Origin: Euprymna scolopes | Taxonomy: Eukaryota | DNA: 64,000 bases | Reading direction: 5' to 3' (one strand) | Assembly (NCBI GenBank): GCA_053919585.1 | Contig: CM132795.1 | In this document: one piece after another, positions 53,030 through 64,000 of the stretch | Numbering within the stretch: the first letter of the stretch is position 1 | Layout of the letters: every line of letters starts with the position of its first letter | Made by a program: the position numbers and the translations under genes | The notes under the pieces: model-generated | Told to the model about the DNA's origin: nothing | Databases searched by the model: none | Seen by the model: the letters and a program-made list of their open reading frames with translations, nothing else

Positions 53030-53320
53030 GTGAGCACCCTCGACAAACCCGACAGGCTGCTAAATCCCACCCCAACACTGTAGAGATCCCTAGATGTAAA
53101 AGATCTTTCTGCTCCAATAGTTTCTTCCCCAGAATCGCTAGACTTTGTAATTCCATTCCAGGTCCCTGATTCCCCAACAGTACTGACGTGCCGAAGTTCA
53201 AGTGTAACGTGAACCGACATCTTCCTGCCCAAATCCCTACATAGTACCCCAGTAGTTGTTGCCCCTGATAGTAGCCCCCAACACCAAAGTGGCAATGTGC
53301 CTTGTTTGGAGTGAAAATGT
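53030..53320 (+). mobile_element. LINE 3' end fragment (CR1/L2/Jockey-like C-terminus)
   Basis: RQTRQAAKSHPNTVEIPRCKRSFCSNSFFPRIARLCNSIP; homologous copy at 38880-39030. Confidence 0.7.
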
Positions 53321-54224
53321 AATAAAAAAAAATGTCTTAATAAATATGTATGGTAGCGGTTATGCGTATAAATGTATAAATAAGAGGTATATTAATTGAC
53401 CCAGTAAAAAAAAAAAAAAAAAAAAGAAAACAGTGCGTTTTTAAAAGCCAAAACTACAGCTAGTTTGCAGTTTCCTGTTCCTTTTTTTAATTGGTACACT
53501 ATGCACAAACGTCCATTGCTCATCTCAGGTCTCATCTTGGATTCACGCGTAGTTCTAGTTGCAACAAATTTAACGTTGTCTGGAAAAGAAAAGAAAACGA
53601 AAGACTCCGCATTGCTTCACTTACGCCGTGTGCGACACGCCCAAGCAGATGCTATCGCCTCTTCATTGCTTTATACATTCGAGAAAAAAAGAAGCTATTT
53701 TAAGGTTGCTATGACTACCTAACTACGACAACCCTCCACAGGAATCTGCCATCTAAAACTGAAGTGTTTGTCTGTTCTGGTTGTTTTTCGCGTTCACAAT
53801 TTTCCAGTCGTTCAATAGTACTCCTCAGTTTTTCCTCTCCTCTACCAAAGAAAACAGAGTTTAGACTGTCATAGAAATGCCCATTTGCCCTGTTACTTGC
53901 TTTATATTGCTAATCATGTGCAATTCTCTGACGTCCACCCTCCCAGACTTTGCCTTCTCCCTTTGAGGAGTTAGTTCATCGCTAATCGCCTGAGGTGCTT
54001 TTACCGGGGAATACCGATGGCGCTACCCAGGCATTTTTTTTTTTTTTGAGAAGCCAAAGTGCTCTTTCTCTAGGGTGCTGTCTCTTCAATCCCACTTTTG
54101 GATCCTTGTTTCGAATCATTGCGCCATTATTGGGAAATAAATATGTTATCTTTACTAGTTAGTTTTCGGAGATTTCCAACTGAACCCTTTTATTTAGTTT
54201 ACTAAGACAGACCATGCATTTTTA

Positions 54225-54269
<45 letters not shown>

Positions 54270-56260
54270 TTCTACTACCACCACCAGGGATTGAGCTTTA
54301 AAATTTTAAGGAAATTTCCAGAATGGTATCCGAAGATGGCCGGAGATTAGAACGGCGGAAACACAGTGAAGATAACAACAACCAAGGCAAGGATAACCGT
54401 TCAAAGCATGCGAATACCAAATACGTATCTACGTAAATAGTTTTGTTTCCTGCTTGCATTATATACTCAAACTACATCTAGAGTTCAACTAAACCTTGTA
54501 TGTATAGTCTTGACACATTTGGATGGTTTTGTGGATTGAATCAAATCAAATAAACTTCCGTGCGTTGAATGAGGGTAATTGAAATCCTATTCATTATAAA
54601 GGACACGGGACGATTGTGATGCATCAGTAAAACATGTGATCATAGGGGAAGTGTCCACTGTGTAAATTCGTTTACGACTACGTAGCGAGGGTCTCGGTTA
54701 ACTACAAACATATCAAGTTGTTTTTTTTTTTTTTTTTAATCTTAAAAGACCACCCACGGCGTTATAAGGATAATAAGGAAAGGTTTGGGCTGAAGGGCTC
54801 AAATATACACGATTTTACTGTACTGGAAAATGAAATTAAACTATGCGTTTTTATTTGTATCGAAATGAAATAAATTAAAAGATTAGAAGAAATACATGCT
54901 TTAATGACCCCTTTAAAGTGTAATCGTACAATCTAAGATATAAAGGGCAAGTATCTGTGTGTATGTTTGTATGTCCGAATATAAGAAGAAAAAAACCCCC
55001 TACAAAACAGACCTACAAAGTTCTTATATCTCCTATCAGGGTTTCCCTGGATGAATAATACCTAAAATTTTAAAAGTACAAAAAATATTCATTCTCTGGG
55101 GGTCAACTGTGCCGGGTTTCGTGGGGTGGGGGCGGTTTTTCATTGTTATTATGTAATAATTTAGAAATAAAATGCCAATTCCACGAAGAATGCATTATAA
55201 TGAAAGAGAGCTACCTGTATGTGTGTGTCTAGCTAGATACGAATGGGCTGGGCTGAAGAAAAGAGGGGTTTGGCGAAAGGAAGGAGAAACCGGGAAAGGT
55301 GGAAAAGAGAAAGATAGACTTATAAAGAGAAGTAGATGTTTTAATATAAATATGTTGCGCTTTTGCATCGGACAATGCCGGATAGCCCATGATAAAAGAA
55401 AATACGTTTTCAAAATAAATAAAATACACATAAAAATATCAGGCGTTCAAAATAGTAGCATATTTGATTGCTGATTCGCGAAACAACACTTATTTAAGAT
55501 GGCAGCCTCATCTCGGGCGTCAATTTCACAAAAAATGTTTAATAATAAGAAGGAGGGGTTGAACATAAGAACATATTGAAATGACACGAGTAATTCGAGA
55601 TTTTATTTGTCAAAGAAGAGATTGTTTGGCCTGTGTATGGGTGTGTAACAAAGAGAGAGAGAGTTCTTGGCGTGGTCAATGAACGTTTCCGTGTGGAGAA
55701 AAGAATCCAAGCACAAGAAAAGAAAAGAAAGAAATAAAAACGCGAACTGATTCTCGCACAGCCAATGGTATGTAAGCAGCACAAGCAGAGCGAGCGCATG
55801 CGTACAGGAACATACGACAACCGGTCTCTATTTAATAGTAGTTCTTTTTTTTAATTTATGGTAGTCAAACCTGGGAAAATGCCGATCTTTTTTGCCCAAT
55901 CATAATAGAAACAAGTGTTCGTGTATACATATTATACGTATTTGATTATTATAGTCTCATGGCTAACGTTGTCAGTTAAAAAGCTAGCGAAAAATGAGGT
56001 ATTTGATACAATTTTTAAAAAGGGTGTGCGTGTGTTTTTAATACTATTTATTACTAATGAGTCATCACTTAACAAGGCTAAAAACTTCTCGAGTCAGGTT
56101 GTTAACGAGATGGAAAGATTGTTTGTTGAATGATGATGAATATTATGAGAGGATTGAATAAAAATCGTGTATTTTAAAAAGTAATGTAGCCTAGTTTAAT
56201 TTTAGCCATGGGGTGCATCGCCAACACAAGTAAAATAATATTATGATAAAAATGGTTATA

Positions 56261-56337
<77 letters not shown>

Positions 56338-56515
56338 CTACTTCATTTAATCACACAAATTAATATATGGAGGTATAATTTTATGCGTTAATTTTTTCGT
56401 ATTTACTTCAACAGTGCTCAATACATAGGCAGAGCTAGGTAGTAAGTTATGAAAATATGATAATATATATATATATATATATTATCTATAATTTACAAAG
56501 AGATATAAATATTGT

Positions 56516-56703
56516 CTTTAAAATCGGAAACTATCAAGATAATCAGAAACTCAATATACTAGACAGAGCGTTTAAAGAAATATGCTAAAAATAAAATATT
56601 GCGAAATATTCAATATTATTTTTATCATATTTTTTCCTATTTCTTTAATCGTTCCGTTTAGTATGTTGAGGTTTTGATTATCTTGAGAGGTTCCGATTTT
56701 AAA
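56516..56703. repeat. Imperfect inverted repeat (MITE-like); one-arm relative at ~52605-52700
   Basis: TTTAAAATCGGAA..TCAAGATAATCA vs TGATTATCTTGA..TTCCGATTTTAAA. Confidence 0.7.
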
Positions 56704-58654
56704 TGATTTTAAAGATATATATATGTTTCTAGTCGTTGGCTTTCGGAGCACGATTCAAGTCAAAGAAACTGGAGGCGAAAGTATCGTTTCTCCTCATCTA
56801 TATTACTCAGAATTATTTAAATCGCTTTATGCACATATAACTTTAGCTTGTCGTAAATTTAGAAAATCCTTTGGTAATAGATATTTAAAATCTCATGCAT
56901 GACAATGCGTGAAGAATCCTTGCAATTCCTGCTGAGGGAAGTTGTGATTGGTACTCTTATAGATTAGCCAACTATTACTGCCCAAACTTTGGACTAGGAT
57001 TAAAGTGTCATATCTAGTGGGGTATATTCTCTTTCTCTTCTGTGTTCCTCTTGATTCTCCCTCTTCAAACTTTATCTATTCTTTTTCTTTTGCTCACACT
57101 TATACTCTACTCCCATATAGAGACCGACCTGGTTGTTAGGCTGTCTTTTGATGAAAGAGTTTAGAGGACATTACTTATCCTCGTTTTTATTTTTATTTCT
57201 TATTTATTTTGCTTTCTATTTTCCACATTTCTCTTACCACTGTCGATTAATTTGTAAATTCTTCAGGAGAGTGGGACTGGAGAAACGTATAACATTATAG
57301 GCCTTGCGTGACTAAAAAGAAACATTGATCTTCATGTTTTCTTCTCTAATGAGTTACCACTTGTTCAGGAAATAAACCATTCGAGGATAACGGTTAACGA
57401 GATGGATAGATTGTCAGTTGAATATTATGAGAGGATTAAAAATGATGAATCGAATGAACTAAGTTTGATTAATTATGGGGAAGAGTTTATGACAAGCATT
57501 ATGTTGAAATAGCCCTACGATAACGTGTCCCAGATGAAAAACCTTTGCAAAGAATCTATGTGTATAGATAAATGCTAGTAGATTTCCGCCTGTACATATT
57601 TTGATAAAACTTTTTCTAAAATAAACGACCAGATTTGCTTTAACTTTATTACCATTCAACATGTACTCGACGCCATTCGATCATATCAACATGATTAAAA
57701 TGACTGAATTTTTACGCATACTGATTAATCGTCAAAATGGTGTTACACAGACGAATTTCAATAAAACAGTCATCCAATAAACAGAGTTCGCCCACTGGCA
57801 CCAAATTCACTATTGATGGTCTGAAAGCGTAGTTCGCTAACAATTATGCTACAACAATATTCGCATCATTTTCTAAGCTTAAATTTGGCAAAATATCAAG
57901 AATACGCGGCATCTAAAGAATATCGAATAATGGTCTGCAATTTCTCTAGAATGGTTTGAAAGCTATTACAAAAGACCTGTTGATGTCAAAAGCAATCGAT
58001 ATTTAAAGATATCGATTTCTAAGATCAATAACGAGTAATGGTACTAATATAATGCTATTTTTAAATGATTGGATACGAAGTTTTTCATCGTTTTTCTTGG
58101 CATTTTGACTAAGAACAAAGTGTAGTATCTGTTTCGATGCTACATTTAATCTATTTCATCCTTGGTCAGTGAAGAAGAAGTCTTTTCAGACCCGGGGCGA
58201 GTTTTATTTTAGTTCCAATTCAAAGTCTCTGTAAGGGGAGCTAGATTTCCCTTACATTAAAAACAGGTTTTGGATCTAACTTGCCCTCGTGAGGACGCAA
58301 GTAAATAGGAACTTTGCTACCTGACTTTAACAGAAGAGTTTAGCTAATTCAAGGAGAGGAGCATCGAACTCCCTCGAGTAGGCACTTGTAGTGAAAAAAA
58401 AAAAGACGAAAATGAACTCGTTAGCATTCCGTGGTATAGGGCGCCTCAGGTTACTGGCGATAAACCAATCCGGAACGATGAAGACCATCTGACCATCCTA
58501 AGTATAATCAATGACAGTTTGTTTAAAGTTAAGGTGGTTTGTGCAGAGCCAGCCTCATTCCCTCGCCCCGACCAACAGGACAGGATCAAGACAGCTGAGG
58601 GCCAAGTAGATGCAAGAGATGCCGGAAGTGTTGACGGCCTCTTACAAACAATGC

Positions 58655-58728
58655 CTGGTACTGACTAGTCTCAACGTAGTTTAACTTTAGTGATTTTACT
58701 AGAACCGGTGTCGACGGGATTATGCCAT
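58655..58728 (-). mobile_element. Degenerate 5S-like SINE head fragment
   Basis: TTAACTTTAGTGAT...AGAACCGGTGT is the reverse complement of the 5S-like head seen at 12908 and 41489. Confidence 0.55.
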
Positions 58729-59526
58729 ATATTGAGTTATGTATACAACACCTAAAAGTCTCTTCATGCCAAACTTGGTGCAATTTTAACCAATAGTTTT
58801 GGAACTTATAAGCATTTATAATTATTTTAATAGTTGCATTTAATTTTGAATATAGTAGGGCATTTATGTCATAGCGAATTTAGTGCAAGTATATAATTTT
58901 GTAAACAATTTTCTTTGACGTTTAAACGCAACTAAAATTTTGTAAAAATTTCAAAATATGTCAAATGACTTTTTAACTCGACTGAATCAAAAAAATATTT
59001 GAGATTCCTTCCTGAACAAATTCTCCACCCAAATAAAAATGAACAAAAAAAACAACCTGATCCGATCTATGCAAAAAAGGGAAATAGGGCATGGGCGTGG
59101 CCGTGTCAGCTGATAGGGTAATGAGTTAAGAGGGGGTGGCTGTAGGAAACCAGAGAAAGCATTCCAATATGAAATAGAAAATCTAATTGAAAGATAATAC
59201 AATCATAATATGAGTTAAAAGTTAATATTTTGGAAATCGAGTTCAAAAAATATCCCAGTGTAAAAAATGTTTGAAATAAATTGTATGAATTAAAAGAAAT
59301 ATAAAGCGTAAAAAAAATGAAATTACAAGGGGTATATCTAGAGAAATAGTTTAGAGAATTTAATATGAACAATAATAAAACTATAAAACAGAAGGTACGA
59401 ATATTTTCTTATAAACAATAGGGGAATATTACAAATATTTAATATTATTTAACCCACAAATGGAAAACAAAGAGAGATTGGGGGAATAAAACGAAAAGGA
59501 AGACTAATTTGGTGATTAAAAAATTA

Positions 59527-59605
59527 TTAGGTTGGTGCAAAAATAATGTCGTTTTTTGCCGTATATATCTGATTAAAAAAAAACATTATTTTTGCACCAA
59601 CCTAA
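59527..59605. mobile_element. Mariner-derived mini-MITE (79 bp, MADE1-like)
   Basis: TA|TTAGGTTGGTGCAAAAATAATG ... CATTATTTTTGCACCAACCTAA|TA. Confidence 0.9.
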
Positions 59606-59678
59606 TACCTGGCTTTACAAACTCACTGTTATATTATATAATAACCTAATCGCAGCTGAATGTGTGACCTGACGGGTC

Positions 59679-59834
59679 NNNNNNNNNNNNNNNNNNNNNN
59701 NNNNNNNNNNNNNNNNNNNNNNNNNNNNNNNNNNNNNNNNNNNNNNNNNNNNNNNNNNNNNNNNNNNNNNNNNNNNNNNNNNNNNNNNNNNNNNNNNNNN
59801 NNNNNNNNNNNNNNNNNNNNNNNNNNNNNNNNNN
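59679..59834. other. Assembly gap (156 N)
   Basis: Run of n. Confidence 1.
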
Positions 59835-60814
59835 TTCCGCAATTTTTTTTAAATTTTTTTTTCATTACTTTGATGACATCCTACGGAAAGGAAATGAGGA
59901 ATCCTCTGTGTAGCTTAATTGCCATAAATATATTTTCATAACTTACCTTATTCTATTCACATATTGAGCACGGTAAAAGTAAATACCGAAAATCGATACA
60001 GAATATAGTATATCTCTTTCTAACAGTATATGCGATATTTTAGACATACACACGCACACATATCTAAACTAATGAACCGATCATCATGAATTTTAGAATA
60101 TATATTCTAGGAAACACGGTAACATGGGCACATTACTTTTTGTAAACTTCATCATTTAGATACTCCCACAGAGGAGGAAAACATTAAAATTTAAAACCAA
60201 TGTAATATTCATCACTTAAAGCAGCCTGGGACGGGTACCCACACTTTTTTCATATATATAAAACCTTTAGATGGGATTATTGATTAAAATAGAATAGTAA
60301 AGTTTTAAGACACTGGATGTATATATAAATATTGATTAAAATAGGTTTACTATGCAAGAAATAAATTATCAGTGAAAGTTATAAACGTTTACAAGTTTTG
60401 ACGAACGTCTCGATGGAGTGGGTTCAGTTGACTTAGTAAATACGGCACAGCAATAATAATAGCCAATGCGTATAGTAACTAACGCTTTATCTCTAACACA
60501 ATCCCCCGTTTTTCTATGGGAAACTTTCAAATGAAGTTCCATATACAACCCCCCTCTTTGTTGACTAAATCGGCAAAGAAAACATTGTATTTAAAATAAG
60601 CGATTCATTTTTAGTGTTTCAGTGTTCGATTTTTTTTTCTTTTCAGAAAACACTCGAAAATGTCTACATTTCGTTTTGACTACTGGGTTACCAATTATCA
60701 AGCATAAAAGCCATTAGAGGATGGGGCTAATGAAACGGAACGATTAACAGCCGAGAGACGAAGAACACTATGCGAGTACTAACATTTATCAAAGGTATGA
60801 ACTGCGTTTAATTA

Positions 60815-61307
60815 CACTATGCAACACTTTAAAAAGTACAGGGGATCTCTGGACATGTTTATATGCGCAATGGCATAGAAAATTTCTGGTCTGCTTTTTT
60901 TTGTTGACTTGGCTACAGTTTTCGGTACAATTATCACTTTCAAGAATTTTGCGGAGAATCTTAGTGATGCGAATGATAAACATGGAGAGAGACTCCAAGA
61001 TATTCCAGTGATGGGGAAACATTTTAAAGGAAAATGGAATCCTGACATGTTGCAGACTACTGCTGGAATATAAAAAAAGGAGGATGACACACAACATAAG
61101 AGAAAAGGACAGATGTTGTTTAAACTGACAATTCTATATATTTGTTTTATTCATAACCAATAATAAAAAAATTATTTATAGTACATGAAAATGGTGCCTA
61201 ATCTAGAGAAATAGAAGTAAGATTTAGTATAAGGATATTTTTCTTATACCGAAACAGGTTTTACGTGGAATATACTATTTTCTTAACCTGAAATTTGTTG
61301 CACAATG
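60815..61307 (+). mobile_element. Internally deleted DNA transposon, probably Chapaev3-type
   Basis: TTA|CACTATGCAACA ... TGTTGCACAATG|TTA (3-bp TSD); internal degenerate transposase C-terminus FAENLSDANDKHGERLQDIPVMGKHFKGKWNPDML followed by frameshifted ADYCW. Confidence 0.7.
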
Positions 61308-62051
61308 TTATCAGCTGAGAGATGAAGGGCACTATGGGAGTGCTAACATATTTAAAGTATGAAATGCGTTTAATTATCTACGGGGCGGTTTAAGACATTA
61401 TTTTTCGACATTAAATTTAAAGACGACCAAGTTGTAATCACCAGGGAAGCAATCTTACGAAAATGTGTTCCACGGTGGAAAATCTTCGCAAAGATTCCGC
61501 TTAATACTGGGCACATGAAGAGAAAAACGGAAAATAATTTTCCGGTGTAGTAGCAAGACTTGTCGGTGATCCCTGAAGCGGCTGAGTGATAAAAAAGCAC
61601 CAATAGTTTTTAAGTTACTATCGTTTAAGTTAAACGTTTAAATGAACCGATAAATAGATGCTTGGGAGAGGAACATTTAAAAGATGCTGCCATTAATATG
61701 ATGCGTGCCAGATCGAGGACGAATGCACAAGATTAGAAATGAAAACCAATATTAATTGAAATTGGTTTATTATGGACCTCGTAGCTGAAGTGACATGAAT
61801 GAATAACAGCCGAGAAAGTAACGGAAGTTGGTCATATACGCGGTGACTTATTAGTTTTAATAAAGCCATCGGCATGAAATCTTGACGCACAGGTCACGAT
61901 AATATGCTGGCAGTTTACCACAACGTGTGCTATCACGAGAGACAAGATCGATCATAGTCAAACGTATAGCCGGCAATCTTAATTGTCAAAATAAAATATC
62001 GCTAATTAGATCGGATAGCTTTAGGCTAAGAAATTTATCCTAACAACCATA

Positions 62052-62055
<4 letters not shown>

Positions 62056-62131
<76 letters not shown>
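62056..62131. repeat. (GA)n microsatellite, representative of many (TA)n, (GT)n and (GA)n tracts in the window
   Basis: Direct reading. Confidence 0.98.
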
Positions 62132-62134
<3 letters not shown>

Positions 62135-62367
62135 AGAAAAAACCGTTAAAAAATGCAATAAAATATGTTAATTTGCAAATTTAATATAAAACTAAACAGA
62201 GTGACCAGAAAAAAAAGATGTCCTGGCGTCACAGATATGTGTGCTAAACAAAAAATGGTGACGACACAGACAAATTTGCTTATGTCACAGCGCGATAAGT
62301 AATTTATTCAAAGCTTTCGCTGTAGATTTCATGAATATCAGAATTAGAATTCAAATGTGCTTATATA

Positions 62368-62400
<33 letters not shown>

Positions 62401-63737
62401 TTGTATTAAACTAAAAAATGTATTTTTACGAGACAACTCCAAACTCATTTTCGTACGAGTATAAACAATCATTGTGCTGTTGCTATTTATTTTGATAAAT
62501 ATCTGCAACACATTTTCTGTGACGTTAGCACATTTTTCTGTGACGTCGCAACATTTTGTTTAGCGTGAAAAAAAATAAAAAAAATGTAAAAAAACAAAAA
62601 ATAGAAACAAAATGCCAGATTCGGTTGTTTTACGATATATCAACACTTTTCCGTTATTTAACGTGGGAACAGCTATTTTAAACAGTTTCTATTAATTGAA
62701 ACAAAAAAAAAATTGCTATTTTACCCAGACCTATGATATAATTGTGGGCTAATACTATTCCAAATTGTATAAGTGTTTAATTAACCAGAATAGGTTTAAT
62801 AGGATTTACCTAGATATAACTGGTTCCATAGTCCGTGATCGAATCCATCATGTCAATGGTTAACCTAATAATAAAAAAGCTACAGAGATTGGCCAATATA
62901 CGATAAGACTTCGTGACACATTTCCAAATTCTACATAATGATCTCGAAAACACTTCTTTAGTTTCATCAATATTCTCTTACTTAGTAGCACCAACAGTTG
63001 CAGAATCTCAAAGTTATATGTGGTGTTGGTTGGCATAACAGACGCGATATACACTCTGCTCTTACTCGGCAAATATTGATGTGATAATCTAGCTTCAGAC
63101 GACCATGTGTTCTGCGAGTGACCACCAAATATCACCAGATCTAACTTCTTATGACTTTTTAAATCTAAAAGTACGTGAAGGGCAAATTATTTGAAACCAT
63201 GGGGGAATTACAGAAATTAATATAGCAGTACACTGGATTATGCCCAATATTCTGCAAAGGATCTGGACATGATCATGGACCCTTTTTGATTCATGCCATC
63301 TCACAAGTTATGTCTTCACAAGCGCTGTGTGTGTCATCCAACTGAACTGTATCCTTATGTTAGCATCAAGAAAAGAAAAATCGCTAACGATTTCATCATA
63401 AGCCCTACAACAGTAACCAACAAATCTGGTTCTTTTCTTTCTGGTTAAGACCCAGATTCGAGGAACGTTTCCAAAAAGCGTAATGCACCCAGGAGATGTT
63501 GAAAGCAGAGGTTATCATTCTTGTGGAAACACCCTCCAGTTTCTTTTATAGTCGTCTGGAAAAAGTCCAGGTGATGCTTCCACATATCAGAACGGATGTT
63601 ACAACGACTTCAAAAGTGTTTTATTTTGGCTGACATGTTTTCCAGATTTTTACCTTACCCTATCCGACCCGACTTTACTGAGTCATACTTTTAGTTCGCT
63701 CCCTATGTGTAACTCTTCTGTCTGCATCTTTACTAGC

Positions 63738-63791
<54 letters not shown>

Positions 63792-64000
63792 TGAACGTGT
63801 CTGTGTGTGTACATTTCCCTATGGAATAACTCAATTTTAAGTCTACAAACTCGAAATTTGATATACAGGGTACTGAGGTTTGGGAAAATCTTTGTAATCC
63901 GTTTTCGGCCAGAAATTTGGTTGTTAAGGGGTCAAAGTTCAACGATTTGACCTGTGAGAACTCTACCAAACTCCTCCGCCAATTTTGGGTCTAAACGCTT

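Noticed and set aside
53715-53841. Minus-strand acceptor followed by GEEKLRSTIERLENCEREK, superficially tropomyosin-like
   Set aside because: Similarity is short, the frame runs into non-coiled-coil sequence and a stop, and it does not match residues 1-80; adjacent DNA is a dispersed repeat. RNA-seq could revive it.
63100-63180. Tc1/mariner transposase motif remnant (WPPxSPDL-like)
   Set aside because: Very short, with a stop and a frameshift, and no TIRs identified; too weak to list as a feature.
40728-64000. N-terminal tropomyosin exons or an internal promoter for a short isoform
   Set aside because: No convincing exon for residues 1-80 found by eye in 23 kb. One could be missed, lie in the gap at 59679-59834, or lie beyond the window.

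Overview
AT-rich, repeat-dense animal genomic DNA, very probably a coleoid cephalopod, judged from the tropomyosin peptide; the species cannot be fixed from this window. The window is the middle of one large minus-strand tropomyosin gene covering residues ~81-213 of the 284-aa form. The N-terminal and C-terminal exons were not found and lie outside the window or in the gap. Reading the minus strand by hand gives two single-copy exons (40594-40727, 15259-15329) and two clusters of same-length, same-phase duplicated exons. One cluster has four 118-nt variants of residues 125-164 (27542-27659, 27350-27467, 25512-25629, 25095-25212). The other has three 76-nt variants of residues 188-213 (5194-5269, 3745-3820, 3607-3682). 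Three of these seven variants are absent from the ORF track. The layout implies a 4x3 mutually exclusive splicing system with up to 12 core isoforms. Candidate control features are 62- and 74-nt internal introns, an RBFOX-like motif pattern and complementary intronic elements. The introns also hold tRNA-headed elements ending in hammerhead-ribozyme cores, 5S rRNA-headed SINE-like elements with different bodies, palindromes with paired hammerhead-like cores, several MITE types, LINE 3' ends and minisatellites. Nearly all other listed ORFs are spurious.
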